A stretch of 48,611 nt of DNA from Macrostomum lignano (GCA_002269645.1 NIVC01001844.1:1-48611), one strand, 5' to 3'. Shown: positions 23,236 through 35,473, numbered from the stretch's first letter. The notes: generated by a model from the sequence alone, not told the origin. Numbers and translations are program-made.

Positions 23236-24420
23236 TTAAGTTTTATATTGTTGTACAGCCTACTCCACCTAGTTTTAACTTTTTAAACAATTTTAAAAAC
23301 TTTTTTGCTTTGAAACTTTTAAAAGTTTTAGACTAACTTTTATACTTGCACAATCCATTAATTTGTTTGATTGTTGACATAAAATGAGTTGTAAATGCAA
23401 TGACAAATAAACTTGTAAATTAAATATGATGTGCATGCATACTTCTCTAATGAATAATTACTGCGTCAAAATGCAACTTGTAAGCTGGGTGTACGTGTAA
23501 CCTCTTTGAAAACATGGCAAGGACAAATGGCAATATGTTAAATTTCGTTTTCTAGTTTCGTAGCTTTTGTAGCATTTGCCAAATTGGGTGTTGCCTAACT
23601 GACTTGTCGCCAAATTAGCTTGTTGCTGAATTAACTGGAAGCCATCTAGGATCATCTCTTTACCTTTTTATAATTTTACTACATTACTACAAGTATTTTG
23701 GTGAATTTTTTGCACTTTTAGGAAATATTTTGTGCTAAATTGGCTGTTTGGCACCTAAAATTTCATTTTCAAGTTCTGGAAAACTGGACTTATCAAAAAA
23801 TAACTTCCGTTACCTTCTATTACCCAAATCTGGCATTCAAATAAAAACTGGAAAAAAGTTCCACTTTAAAAAAAGTAACTTCCAGTATTAAAGTGCCAGA
23901 AGTGCCAGAACTTTGCCCAATTCTGAATATCTATGTGTCATATTATGGCAAAACTATGCACTGTTCATAGTTTTATCTAGACTTATATAATTAGAAAAGA
24001 AAGTTGTTTGCAATTTTGTTATAGGCAAAAACTTACTGTTTTATCTCAAGGGATTAAGCAAAACAAAGAAAAATGACCCTTGTCTTTGTCATGCATGTAT
24101 AACACCTAACCAAGCTAGCTAATCTAGCTAGGTAAGAGAGGCTCCTAGCCAAAATAAGCCCAAAAATTAAACTCTTGCCTAAAACAAATGCAAAAAGTAC
24201 AAAAAAAGAATAAAACAAAGTGGGAAAAAGAAATGAAACACAAACACAGGAGCAAAGAAGTGGAGAAAGAAAACAAAAATGGAGTTAAAAAGTGGACTAC
24301 CAGAGCCAGCTAAGTTGCATTTTGATATTATTTATTTTATTTTGCATTGCTGCTGGTAGTCACTATTGAGCTGTCCAACTGCCAGCTATCTACAAGTGCT
24401 GTAGTTGCGGGCTCCATCCA

Positions 24421-24546
24421 ATGGAGAAGGCAGCTGAGGAAGATGCCAATCAACAGCAGCAGCTTGGGTCAGCCGAGCTGGACCAGGTGCAGGACTACCT
24501 GCGGCTGCACAGAGCTGCTCTAAGATTCGAGCCTGGCCTAGTGCAG
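24421..24546 (+). CDS. Exon 1 of an uncharacterised gene (42 aa, MEKAAEEDANQQQQ...FEPGLVQ)
   Basis: ATG, GC-rich host-like codon usage, and a CAG|GTGAAA donor in phase 0 that joins the 25335 acceptor in frame. Confidence 0.7.
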
Positions 24547-24689
24547 GTGAAATATTTTTTCTTTTATCAGCAATGAGTTTAGGTCTTCAATTCTGGTGTA
24601 GTAAATAATGAGACAGGCTGACAGTACCTGTTTTAGTAAAATGTCCAACCTTTGTATCAAAGTCCCTTTTATTTAGAGTCAGGTGGCTA

Positions 24690-24993
24690 TGTGCACCCTG
24701 GCGCACTTTAAGCGACATTGTCACACAACCAGCTAGAGGCATTACTGCCCATTCCGCAACTCCCCTGAGCAGGCACACACTCACACAGGAGTGTACAGCG
24801 GCCCTTTCTTTATTTATCGTTAGTCATGTACACTTCACTGCGCCTTGGGGGTTAGCCTTCAATGACGTTACTTGCACAAGCAGAGCCAAGCTGAGACTCC
24901 AATTGAGCCCCAAATTAGTGCGACTGGGCCTGGGAATCGAACCTGGGCCGCTGGTACACAGGAGTGTCGCGCTAGACCACTGGGCTACGGCCC
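24690..24993 (-). mobile_element. tRNA-derived SINE (A box TAGCCCAGTGG, B box GGTTCGATTCC); 3' limit approximate
   Basis: Intact A/B boxes but a poorly pairing T stem and anticodon arm, so not a functional tRNA. It lies in the intron of the plus-strand gene, with an inverted partial body copy at ~25058-25110. Confidence 0.75.
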
Positions 24994-25334
24994 TCCGCCA
25001 CATTAATTTTGGTGCTCATACATGAAAATTGGCTTGCGTACAGCACCTGATGAGTGAGGGCCGCTGTACACCCTGTGTGTGTCTGCGTATGCGTGCTCAG
25101 GGGTCAGCAAAATGAGCATGACTGCTCTCGCTGGCTGCAAGCTGCCTAACGCTTTGACTTTGAAATTGTCTAAAACTTTTCTTTTTGTTGATTCAAAATC
25201 GAATTCTCGATAGGTGTTATGGGTCAATTCTGTTTTCTTTTGCAATAAATTCACTTTACATTCTTATCTTGCTACTCATCAGTAAAGCAATCTGCTTATT
25301 GTGACAAAGGACTACAAAACGCAACACTTCGCAG

Positions 25335-26378
25335 GAGCCCGGCCAGCTGCTCGCTCTGCTGGACATCTCTCCGCCGGCTGTACGCGGCCTCTTGGTCAAC
25401 GCGCTTCGTTGCGCCGGCCGCCTCGACCTGGCTAATCGCTACGATGTCGAGCGTCGGATCGACGCCCCTCTATCGACGTCGGCTTCGGCTGCAAGGCTGA
25501 CTGGCCGAAGACGCGGCCAGTTCGCGCTAACAGTGGAGGTCAGCGCTATACAGGTGTGCCCGGCCGACTTCGGCCTGTTCACTGCCGCCGCAGCTGGCCC
25601 CGTGTTGGTTTCCACGCCGGCGGCTGGCGGCGACCGGCCGACCTCCTGCTGGATCAGCGTCGAGGCGCTCAACCGGTCAGTTGACGATCTGGTCAGTCTG
25701 GCCGTTGGCGAGGACAGCCGGCTCTGCTCTACTTTGACGGCCGCGGCGGCGGCTGGCCGCACCGATGACAGCGGCGGAGGCTGCGGCTGCTTCGGCGGCT
25801 GCTGCAGTCGACTGTTTCGTTTCCCCTTTTCTAGTCGGCGGCGAAAGCGTCAGCGACCTGCAGCTGCTGCTGCGGCGGCGGCGACGCCTCAGATGCTGAC
25901 GCCGCAGTCTGTGGCGGCTTCTAAAAAATCAATGCTGAGCAGTTCGAATCGAAAGTATTTGGCCCAGCAACAGCAGCAACTCGACGGCAACGACTCGTTG
26001 GTTGCAGCTGCTGACAGCGCAGCCGATGGTCTGCTGGTCCGAAAGGCCCGCCTGCTGGCCGAAAAATCGGCCGAGCTCTATCAGGCCGTGCTGGCCGACT
26101 CCGAGCAGCGCCTGGTCCGCTATCTGGAGCAGGACTGCGGCCTGCTGTGCCTGGAGGCTGGCTCTGATCCCTACTGCGGCCTGCAGATCCAGCTGGCTGC
26201 CACCACGGCCGACTGTCTGCGCCGGTTCTTGGCCAATCTGTCCAGCGAGACTGTAGCCCGCCGGCTTGAGCAGCTGCTGCTCACTGACCGCCTGCTAGCT
26301 GGCCTGAGGCTGCGCCGCTGCCGGTTCAGGTGCTGCGCTCCGCAGTGCGAGCTGGCTCTGGCTGATCTGACCGGCTGA
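25335..26378 (+). CDS. Exon 2 (terminal) of an uncharacterised ~389-aa protein; possible death-fold N-terminus and TRADD-N-like C-terminus
   Basis: ttcgcag|GAG acceptor in frame with ORF 25392-26378, and host-like codon usage. Domain calls are by eye only. Confidence 0.7.
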   Translation, partial: EPGQLLALLDISPPAVRGLLVNALRCAGRLDLANRYDVERRIDAPLSTSASAARLTGRRRGQFALTVEVSAIQVCPADFGLFTAAAAGPVLVSTPAAGGDRPTSCWISVEALNRSVDDLVSLAVGEDSRLCSTLTAAAAAGRTDDSGGGCGCFGGCCSRLFRFPFSSRRRKRQRPAAAAAAAATPQMLTPQSVAASKKSMLSSSNRKYLAQQQQQLDGNDSLVAAADSAADGLLVRKARLLAEKSAELYQAVLADSEQRLVRYLEQDCGLLCLEAGSDPYCGLQIQLAATTADCLRRFLANLSSETVARRLEQLLLTDRLLAGLRLRRCRFRCCAPQCELALADLTG

Positions 26379-26761
26379 TTATCATAATATGGTGCATCCT
26401 TGTCTGTGCTAATAGTACATGTCCGGCCAAGGGTGTCCTGTGGGTTGAAATGGGGCGGAGGTTCAAAGAAAACTGTTTATTATTTAAGCGTTTACAAAAT
26501 ACAAGGGCTTGTGAAAATGTCCCTTCTTGACTAGATATCGGGTAGATGTGTTCATGTAAGTACATGTAAGTAGTATGGACGGTTTTCAAATGTTAAGATG
26601 CGTGTATTATCATGCCTAACTTTAAGTCCAATTGGTAAACAGCACGGATGCAAGAATAACTGAATATTTCACTCGCAAAATGCGCTTCTACTTTTTTTCA
26701 GTAGCAAGACGCGTTTTTTTGCCTTTATAATAGCTGTAGTGCAGGCTGTAGTGCAGATGTT

Positions 26762-27063
26762 GCAGCCTAGTGGTTAGAGCATCTGACTCACGACTTAAAG
26801 GTCGGGGGTTCGATTCCTGATCCCACTGGAACACTTTGTGTCCTTGAGCAAGACATTTAACTCTGCATTGCTTCATTTCACACAGCTGTAAAATAGGTGC
26901 CAGCATTAGCTGGGGAAATTGATGGTGCGTGTGGCGACCCCCCCCCAGTCCTTGAACTGAACAGCCGTACGCAGCCTTCAGATGCGCCGCACAATGGCTG
27001 CGGCTGAGCTGTCGGTTGCACATCTGGCCATTAGGGCAGGTGTAATCAATTATTATTATTATT
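26762..27063 (+). mobile_element. Full-length tRNA-derived SINE with CORE-like central region and (ATT)n tail
   Basis: A box, B box GGTTCGATTCC (26807-26817), and CCTTGAGCAAGACATTTAACTCTG...CTGTAAAATAGG resembling the MIR/CORE block CCTTGGGCAAGTTACTTAACCTCT...CTGTAAAATGGG; ends in an ATT tail. Confidence 0.8.
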
Positions 27064-30000
27064 AATGCAGACTAGAAGAAATATTGAATTTTACATGTCT
27101 ACTGACTGAAAAATGGAGAAACACGTGAACAACCCTAATCTAGTGCGTGAGTGGACAAACTATTACTGAAAAAGTAGTATGTTTATAGTAAATAGCATGT
27201 TAAGAACAAAGCGACTAGATTTGGGATTTTACTAATTAAGAGTCTTTCAAATTGTTTTAATTGATGTTTTAACAACGGCAATACAATCAGCATTGATTGA
27301 AACTGAAAAAAAGAATTTTTAATAATAGGCCAGCTCAACCACTCGACTAGTTGTGTGCCTTTTTTGTTATTTATCGGCAACTGTGTGCTTATGAGCTCTG
27401 TTTCGAATATTTTTTGCATGTCAAGAGCATCGGCTACACATCACGCATGTATTGCCACCCTGTGTTTTAAGCTATTCGCATAAAACTATTAATGGATTTT
27501 TATCATTATTTATTGCCGCTTAGCGCCTCTGGAATAAATTCTCACATTAGATGAATTAATCTTCAATTTTGTAGGAATTAGGCATAAATTATTTTTACCA
27601 ACTGTCTCATTTTGGTCCAAAACAGGTTTTTTCTGTTCAAATATTATATTTATATATTTTCCATCTTTCTAGCTGATATTTTGTTTAATAAGCACCAATA
27701 GTCAGTGCCTCGTATACAACATATATTTGTGTGTTTAAAAGTATGCACTGATTATATAAGTAGTTTGTTTTTATTTTCTAGTCCAAAAATTGTTGTTAGT
27801 TTCTTGATGAAAAAGTGGAATCAATCTGTTTTAATCAATAGTTGTTTATATCGTTTTTTGCAATGCATAAATATGGTTTTTATTGGCATAATACACTTTA
27901 GTCAGCATGATTAAATCATCATGGCTACCTGGCATCTTCCCTGACTTTATTTAGTGCATGCAGTATTGTGAATGATTGTAAATGATGTGTGACTTGCATT
28001 ATACTGCCGGTGCATTAACTACAATCATTATGCAACATGTATCAGCCTGCATGATGACTGATGAGCCTGCATGATTTACCATTTGCAACTTCTGTACTCT
28101 CCCTTTATCAAGCTTTAATTAACTCACTACTCAAAAAATGTATTTGTTAATTGCTCACTCACTCGCGAATTTTTGTGCCGCAATTTCCTCTGTAGAAATT
28201 AGTAAAATTAAACTACACATTTATAAATTTTCCAATTGTCCTTTTGTACTTTCGATTCAGTAGCAAGTCAAGAAAGCAGTTATTTTCCTCTATGGAATTC
28301 CAACCAATAAAATGACCCGAAAGGGAGAGAGGGAGAATCACGTGACACATTTTGTTATTCGTGTGTGGGGAACAATAAGTGTACATTGGTCAGCGCAGCG
28401 ATGGGGGCAATAAAACATAAAAAAGGGGAAGTGGCAAAGAAGCGACTGGGTGCAGAGTTTGCGTGGAATGGCACGAACGATGAAAAGCAGATAAAATGAG
28501 CCAATAGGAAATTAAGGGAAAGAGAGATCATACTACTGAATTGGCAGTAGTTAAGTAGCACATGCGCCCTCAAATGATTTAAGGAAGTAAGGTATATGGA
28601 TAGTTTGGTCTTATTTTAAATTTTCAATATAACATGCTGCTTTCAAATTCAAGAACGACCAGATTTGGACATGTATAATTGAAGCAAGTCCATATTCGTC
28701 ACTAAGTGCAACAACTTGATTTCTCTATACTCTGCGTTTTGTGTTTTTTTTGTGACTAACACGCAAAGCAAACAGAATGCAATATTCTTATTGCAATGCT
28801 CGGAGTTTGTTGACTCCAGCTGATCTAATAATGACAAAAAGAATTCCATTTTTATTGCAAACTGGATTTTTGCCTTTATTTGTTTTCGCGTTTAAACAAC
28901 AATTAAAATAGTATAAATAGTATCGCAGTGAATAAGTGCGTGATCTAATATGCAATCGTAAGGTCCACTGTAGTATAACAGGATGTGAAAATCAAAGATT
29001 GTGTCATTATGCTAATTTAACTCTGCATTGCTTCATTTCACACAGCTGTAAAATAGGTGCCAGCATTAGCTGGGGAAATTGATGGTGCGTGTGGCGACCC
29101 CCCCAGTCCTTGAACTGAACAGCCGTACGCAGCCTTCAGATGCGCCGCACAATGGCTGCGGCTGAGCTGTCGGTTGCACATCTGGCCATTAGGGCAGGTG
29201 TAATCAATTATTATTATTATTAATGCAGACTAGAAGAAATATTGAATTTTACATGTCTACTGACTGAAAAATGGAGAAACACGTGAACAACCCTAATCTA
29301 GTGCGTGAGTGGACAAACTATTACTGAAAAAGTAGTATGTTTATAGTAAATAGCATGTTAAGAACAAAGCGACTAGATTTGGGATTTTACTAATTAAGAG
29401 TCTTTCAAATTGTTTTAATTGATGTTTTAACAACGGCAATACAATCAGCATTGATTGAAACTGAAAAAAAGAATTTTTAATAATAGGCCAGCTCAACCAC
29501 TCGACTAGTTCTGTGTGCCTTTTTTGTTATTTATCGGCAACTGTGTGCTTATGAGCTCTGTTTCGAATATTTTTTGCATGTCAAGAGCATCGGCTACACA
29601 TCACGCATGTATTGCCACCCTGTGTTTTAAGCTATTCGCATAAAACTATTAATGGATTTTTATCATTATTTATTGCTGCTTAGCGCCTGTGGAATAAATT
29701 CTCACATTAGATGAATTAATCTTCAATTTTGTAGGAATTAGGCATAAATTATTTTTACCAACTGTCTCATTTTGGTCCAAAACAGGTTTTTTCTGTTCAA
29801 ATATTATATTTATATATTTTCCATCTTTCTAGCTGATATTTTGTTTAATAAGCACCAATAGTCAGTGCCTCGTATACAACATATATTTGTGTGTTTAAAA
29901 GTATGCACTGATTATATAAGTAGTTTGTTTTTATTTTCTAGTCCAAAAATTGTTGTTAGTTTCTTGATGAAAAAGTGGAATCAATCTGTTTTAATCAATA

Positions 30001-31402
30001 GTTGTTTATATCGTTTTTTGCAATGCATAAATATGGTTTTTATTGGCATAATAAACTTTAGTCAGCATGATTAAATCATCATGGCTACCTAGCATCTTCC
30101 CTGACTTTATTTAGTGCATGCAGTATTGTGAATAATTGTAAATGATGTGTGACTTGCATTATACCGCCGGTGCATTAACTACAATCATTATGCAACATGT
30201 ATCAGCCTGCATGATGAGCTTTACCATTTGCAACTTCTGTACTCTCCCTTTATCAAGCTTTAATTAACTCACTACTCAAAACATGTATTTGTTAATTGCT
30301 CACTCACTCGCGAATTTTTGTGCCGCAATTTCCTCTGTAGAAATTAGTAAAATTAAACTACACATTTATAAATTTTCCAATTGTCCTTTTGTACTTTTGA
30401 TTCAGTAGCAAGTAAAAAAGCAGTTGTTTTCCTCTAGGGAATTCAACCAATAAAATGACCCGAAAGAGAGAGAGAGAGAATCACGTGACACATTTTGTTA
30501 TTCGTGTGTGGTGAACAATCAGTGTACATTGGTCAGCGCAGCAGATAATGTACATGGCTGCTTAACCCCCCCCCCACCCTGCGATGGGGACAATAAAAAA
30601 CAAAATGGAGAGGTGGCAAAGAAGCGACGGGGTGCAGTTTGCGTGGAATGGCACGAACGATGAAAAGCAGATAAAATGAGCCAATAGGAAATTGAGGGAA
30701 AGAGAGATCATACTACTGAATTGGCAGTAGTTAAGTAGCACATGCACCATCAAATGATTTAAGGAAGTAAGGTATTTGGATAGTTTGGTCTTATTTTAAC
30801 TTTTCAATATAATATGCTGCTTTCAAATTCAAGAACGACCAGATTTGGACATGTATAATTAAAGCACGTTTCGTAATTTCAGTCTGAATCAACATAATGC
30901 TTTTACCTTTACTCATACTAATTAGTGCTTTCTATATAATCAGTCTGTTTAAACTTTAATTGAAGCAAGGCCATATTCGTCATATTCGGCAGTAAAATCT
31001 ATATAGTCCAGTTTTTTTGTCCATTGCCCTCCACAATTTTTAATGGCTTGCTAATTGTCAATTGAACTTGTTCATATTCACTTTTTTTAAATGCAACAAA
31101 TTGATTTCTCTATACTCTGCGTTTTGTGTTTTTTAAGCGCAATGTGCTGCGTCAACTAACACGCAAAGCAAACAGAATGCAATATTCTCATTGCAGTGCT
31201 CGGAGTTTGTTGACTCCAGCTGATCTAATAATGACAAAAATAATTCCATTTTTATTGCAAACTGGATTTTTGTCTTTATTTGTTTTCGCGTTTAAACAAC
31301 AATTAAAATAGTATCGCAGTGAATAAGTGCGCGAGGTAGTATGCAATCGTAAGGTCCACTGTAGTATAACAGGACGTGAAAATCAAAGATTGTGTCATTA
31401 TG
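26855..31402 (+). repeat. Tandem segmental duplication: copy A 26855-29011, copy B 29015-31402
   Basis: Collinear copies with offset 2160 at the start. Duplicate ORFs 27705/29865 and 28355/30562. The breakpoint lies inside the SINE. Confidence 0.95.
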
Positions 31403-32593
31403 AAAATGAAACTTTCACTGCATGCACAGCTGTATAAAATACAAACAGAGTAGCATGTTGCGCATGCTAAATTAAAGAAATGGTCATCTTCACTGACCTA
31501 GCCAGATCAAATGCTATCATTGATTTTGTGATCAAAGAAAAGATCATCAGTCGCCGATCGAAGTGTAAATAAATTATAATGCTACTAAGATTGTAAACTA
31601 CTGCTAGTAGAAATAGAATAATTTTGTGGCCGATTCTCTTTTATTAGCTCGATCGCGCAGTTTGGCTGGTTTAGGAGTGGCGCATGCGGGAGTCTGACGG
31701 CTCCTGTACGTCCAGCGCATAGTTGATAAATTGCAGCTGAGCCCACTACTAGTGTTTGCTGGCTTGGACGGCAGAAGCGAAGCTGCAGAGTGGGAAGAGA
31801 AGGAAGAAATCAATCCTTAGCTACGGGCTCGTGCGACCTTTCGTGAACTTTTTGTTGCTATTTGAACCGCTCCAGCCAACTTCTACTATCAATAGCCTCT
31901 TTATGCGGCGGTTTGACAAAAGTGCATCCTGAAAATGAATTCAGCAAGTTGTGAACGCTGGATGGGAATTTGTTTGTATTAGCAGGCATAACGTATAACA
32001 GATTCACTCTTGCATTGTCGACCTGACTCGGGTTCCTAGTTAAACAAACTGTCATCGCTGTGGGTTTTCCCTCATCCCTTATCCTATCCCCCAGTTGTTG
32101 TAGAGTGTACGGTATAGTGCTTTCTAGTTTGATCGGGGAAGAGAGGATCGTGAATTCGACTCTGTTGTGGGAATTCTGACGCAAAAACCATTATCGTGCA
32201 TTTGAGCTAGTTTGGAAGGCTTCATCTGGAAACTGCAGTCTTCCTTGATCCTCTTGCATTAGCCATTATAATATCAGTTGAGTGATACGACAGGTATACG
32301 CTCCATTACCAGCCTCCAGCTCATTTTCACAAAAGTTTAGCTAAAGTTAAAACAAATTCTGAAAGTGATTTAGTTGCGAAATACGTTATTTGCTACTTTT
32401 GTATCGAGCAAATAAAGTCTCAAGATAGAAGTAATCTTCTCAAGTAATTTTCTATCATGGACAGCTGGATTAGAATGACGCTATGCCCGATTTTCTTTAC
32501 CATGAGCAGGTTGTTTCTTAGAAAGAAGGGGATTTTTCTAGCACGCATTTGTCTATGGCGAAACCCCATTCAGCACTATGCGTTCCTTACCGG

Positions 32594-33342
32594 CAGTGGT
32601 GTGATTGAGGAGCGAATTCGCGCCAGGCGCGAAAAAGGCGCGAATACGCGATTTCTGAGGGCAGGCGCGAATTTTCGTCAAGCAGAGGCGCGATTTTTCA
32701 ATTTTCGAAGTTTTATTTTGAACTGATCACGTTTAGTCTATTCACGCACGCTTTATTCAAATTTAAACTTTATGTTATGGTGTACAATACATGCAAATCT
32801 GGATCTGGAGCAGCAGCTGAAAATGAAAGAAGACGAGATCCAGTCAAAACGGAAGCAGACTGAAGGGAGCTCCAACGACTGCTGCTGGAGCTGACTCGTA
32901 ACAAGGAGAAGGATCAAGAGTTGGAACAGCTTCGACAGGAGAAATGCAAGCTCCAGCAGAAGAAATTGAAGGAAGCTGAAAGAATTGCTGAGCAAGTGCT
33001 GAAATGGAAGGCTGTTGAGCAGGAAGTTAGGAATAGCCATTGCCTGCCCCAGAGTGTCCTTCAAAAAAGTTTAGAAATCAAATACCATGAAATTTTGACA
33101 CCCATTTTTGTCCAAGGACATTTGCTGCTCGCTTTTAGTTGTGCAGGCCAAACTTTTATCAGTGGTAAAGTACTGCCACAGCAAGGATTGATCCTTAGTG
33201 CTGGAAAAAAGAAGCAAAAACCATAAAAATATGGGTTTTCTACATGTACATATATGTAGTTAGCATGTTATTTAAACTAGTAAACAATGGCGCGAATTTT
33301 TTTGAGGCGCGAAAAAATGGCCCTTTGCCAATCACACCACTG
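32594..33342. mobile_element. Non-autonomous TIR element (749 bp), TIR CAGTGGTGTGATTG, flanked on both sides by CCGG
   Basis: Perfect 14-bp TIR (18 bp if CCGG is counted), subterminal GGCGCGA motifs at both ends, and an internal coiled-coil gene fragment. Confidence 0.8.
32760..33060 (+). pseudogene. Frameshifted coiled-coil coding fragment inside the TIR element
   Basis: DLEQQLKMKEDEIQSKRKQTE, frameshift near 32865, then ELQRLLLELTRNKEKDQELEQLRQEKCKLQQKKLKEAERIAEQ. Confidence 0.55.
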
Positions 33343-34304
33343 CCGGCATCCAGCTCGTTTCTTAGAAAATATAAGACTTGATCTGTCCACGTTTTCAATA
33401 AATATCGTATCGATAGTTTGATTAAGGCGTAAATAGTTTGATTAAATAAAAACCAGTTATTCATAAGCGTTCATTTACAGGAGGGCTGTGGGCCCTCTGG
33501 TGCAACGCCTGCGACATCGTCCCGCAAGCAGCGCTGACTGCAATTCTGCCCATTTCGCTGACTCCTGATCGTCGATACAGGCACGCACTCATACACACTG
33601 ATACAGAATGTGCAGCGGCTGTCTCGCTTTCTAATCGTTAGACATGTATACTTTGTGCCTTGGGACTGGCCCACATACATGTAGGTGTGAATCGCTCGAC
33701 AACCTCCCGGTCGAGCCCAGGGGTCGTGGCACGAGAGTCGCCAGAGGCAATTTTCCGCTGATCTATTTTCTAGACTATAATATGCAGCCGATTGCACTTT
33801 TGCAAATTTCGAAATTCTTGGCCGGACAAGAGTGTGGATTAGCAGGTGCTCTGTGCGTTCAGCTGTCCCGGAAGTCGCCAATTAAAGCCAGCGCTTTAGT
33901 GCAATTCCCATTAATGATATTTTAATAAACTAGGACCATAATTAATCGTTTGGCTTTAGAGAGACAGACAATAAAGCAAAAAGTGCCTCTCATTTCTGTT
34001 GCTGCTAGCTTTCATCGGTATTAAAGTTAACCGCCCCGACTTAGCTGGCTGTGCGAGTTTCAAAAGCTTCCGTAGCTGCTGGATATTTATTGCCCACAAA
34101 CGGGTTCCCGGACAGACAATTTCCTGTTGGCCAGAGCCGGTCCCCTGCCTACTCCGTGCGGGGCGTTCATAAAGAAGGTCGAGCCGCGCGGTTGGCCGGA
34201 GCACACTGCCATGTCCCTGCTTTGGTCCACGCTTCCCGCTGTGGGCGCCGAGTTTTTATGGAGACACTCTTGTTGGACAGGAGAGGGCATTTGTTTTTTA
34301 GACA

Positions 34305-34314
34305 GATGATAGAT

Positions 34315-34410
<96 letters not shown>

Positions 34411-34444
34411 GGATAGATAGATAGATAGATAGATAGATGGATAT

Positions 34445-34509
<65 letters not shown>

Positions 34510-34510
34510 C
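34305..34510. repeat. (GATA)n microsatellite
   Basis: Direct reading. Confidence 0.98.
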
Positions 34511-35221
34511 AGATTTCGCCGGGGATCAAAGCGGACAAATTTTCTTTCCCCATCACTTTCCTTCCATCCGAACTCCCCACGCCAAGTCCAGTACGCTGGC
34601 AGAGTTTCTGGGGAGAACCCTGCGGCTCTTTAGCAACGGCACGAACTGCTGTGGCGGGATAGCAGGGGAAAGCTGGCGAAAGCTCTGGATAGCTGCAGAA
34701 GCGCTATATAAGATAAGATAGCTATTGCATACAAACTAAAATGCCTCATAAATTCTGGTTGAGCTTTAGCCGCTTAACAGTGCCGCTGCTCCAATGCGTA
34801 TAGAGCTGAGCTGGCAGTAAATCTCCCGGCTTGCTCAACGCATTTGGCCCTCTGCCTACCCGCTGCGGTTATTCTGTGGTGATGCAGCTGCGCTTGTTTA
34901 AATCAAGGCCCATAAGCTCTGAATTGCTCTCTGTCAGAGCGGTCGTCTGAGGCAGGTGTAATCTTCTGTTTAACTAATGCCAACGGATAATCCTCAATTA
35001 GCGGGCTCAGTATTGACACGGCCCAGTGCAAACACATGCTCTGCTAGGGCTGGATTCGCATCGGTCAAGCTGCACTACCTAAGCCATTGTGCAGTGCGGC
35101 ATTGATTGAAATTCTTGAAAATTATTGCCAACACTCAAGTCCGAGCAGCTGAGTGAAGTCAAGTTCTGCAATCAAGTGCGCGTCTCTAAGCATCTTAGCG
35201 AAGCGGCGATCAACGGATTCT

Positions 35222-35304
35222 ATCTGTCTGTCTTACTGTCTGTCTGTCTGTCTGTCTGTCTTAGTGTCTGTCTGTCTTATTGTCTGTCTGTCTGTCTGTC
35301 TTAG

Positions 35305-35337
<33 letters not shown>

Positions 35338-35436
35338 TAGTGTCTGTCTGTCTTATTGTCTGTCTGTCTGTCTGTCTTAGTGTCTGTCTGTCTGTCTGTC
35401 TTAGTGTCTGTCTGTCTTAGTGTCTGTCTGTCTTAG

Positions 35437-35473
<37 letters not shown>

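Larger units (their letters stand above)
21476..23643 (+). mobile_element. Mutator-like (MULE) DNA transposon, 2168 bp, internally deleted and inactive
   Basis: Imperfect ~55-bp TIRs (left GGGAACCAG..CCAGTTAATTTGGCGACA..; right end reverse-complements to GGCTTCCAGTTAATT..TTTGGCGACAAGTCA). 8-bp TSD ATCTAGGA at 21468-21475 and 23644-23651. Transposase remnants inside. Confidence 0.88.

Noticed and set aside
24924-24993. tRNA gene
   Set aside because: The T stem and anticodon arm do not pair properly and the sequence continues into a SINE body. The same applies at 26762.
31600-34300. ORFs 31858-32184, 33471-33881 and 33956-34332
   Set aside because: No recognisable domain, codon usage unlike the host genes here, and no coherent splice structure.
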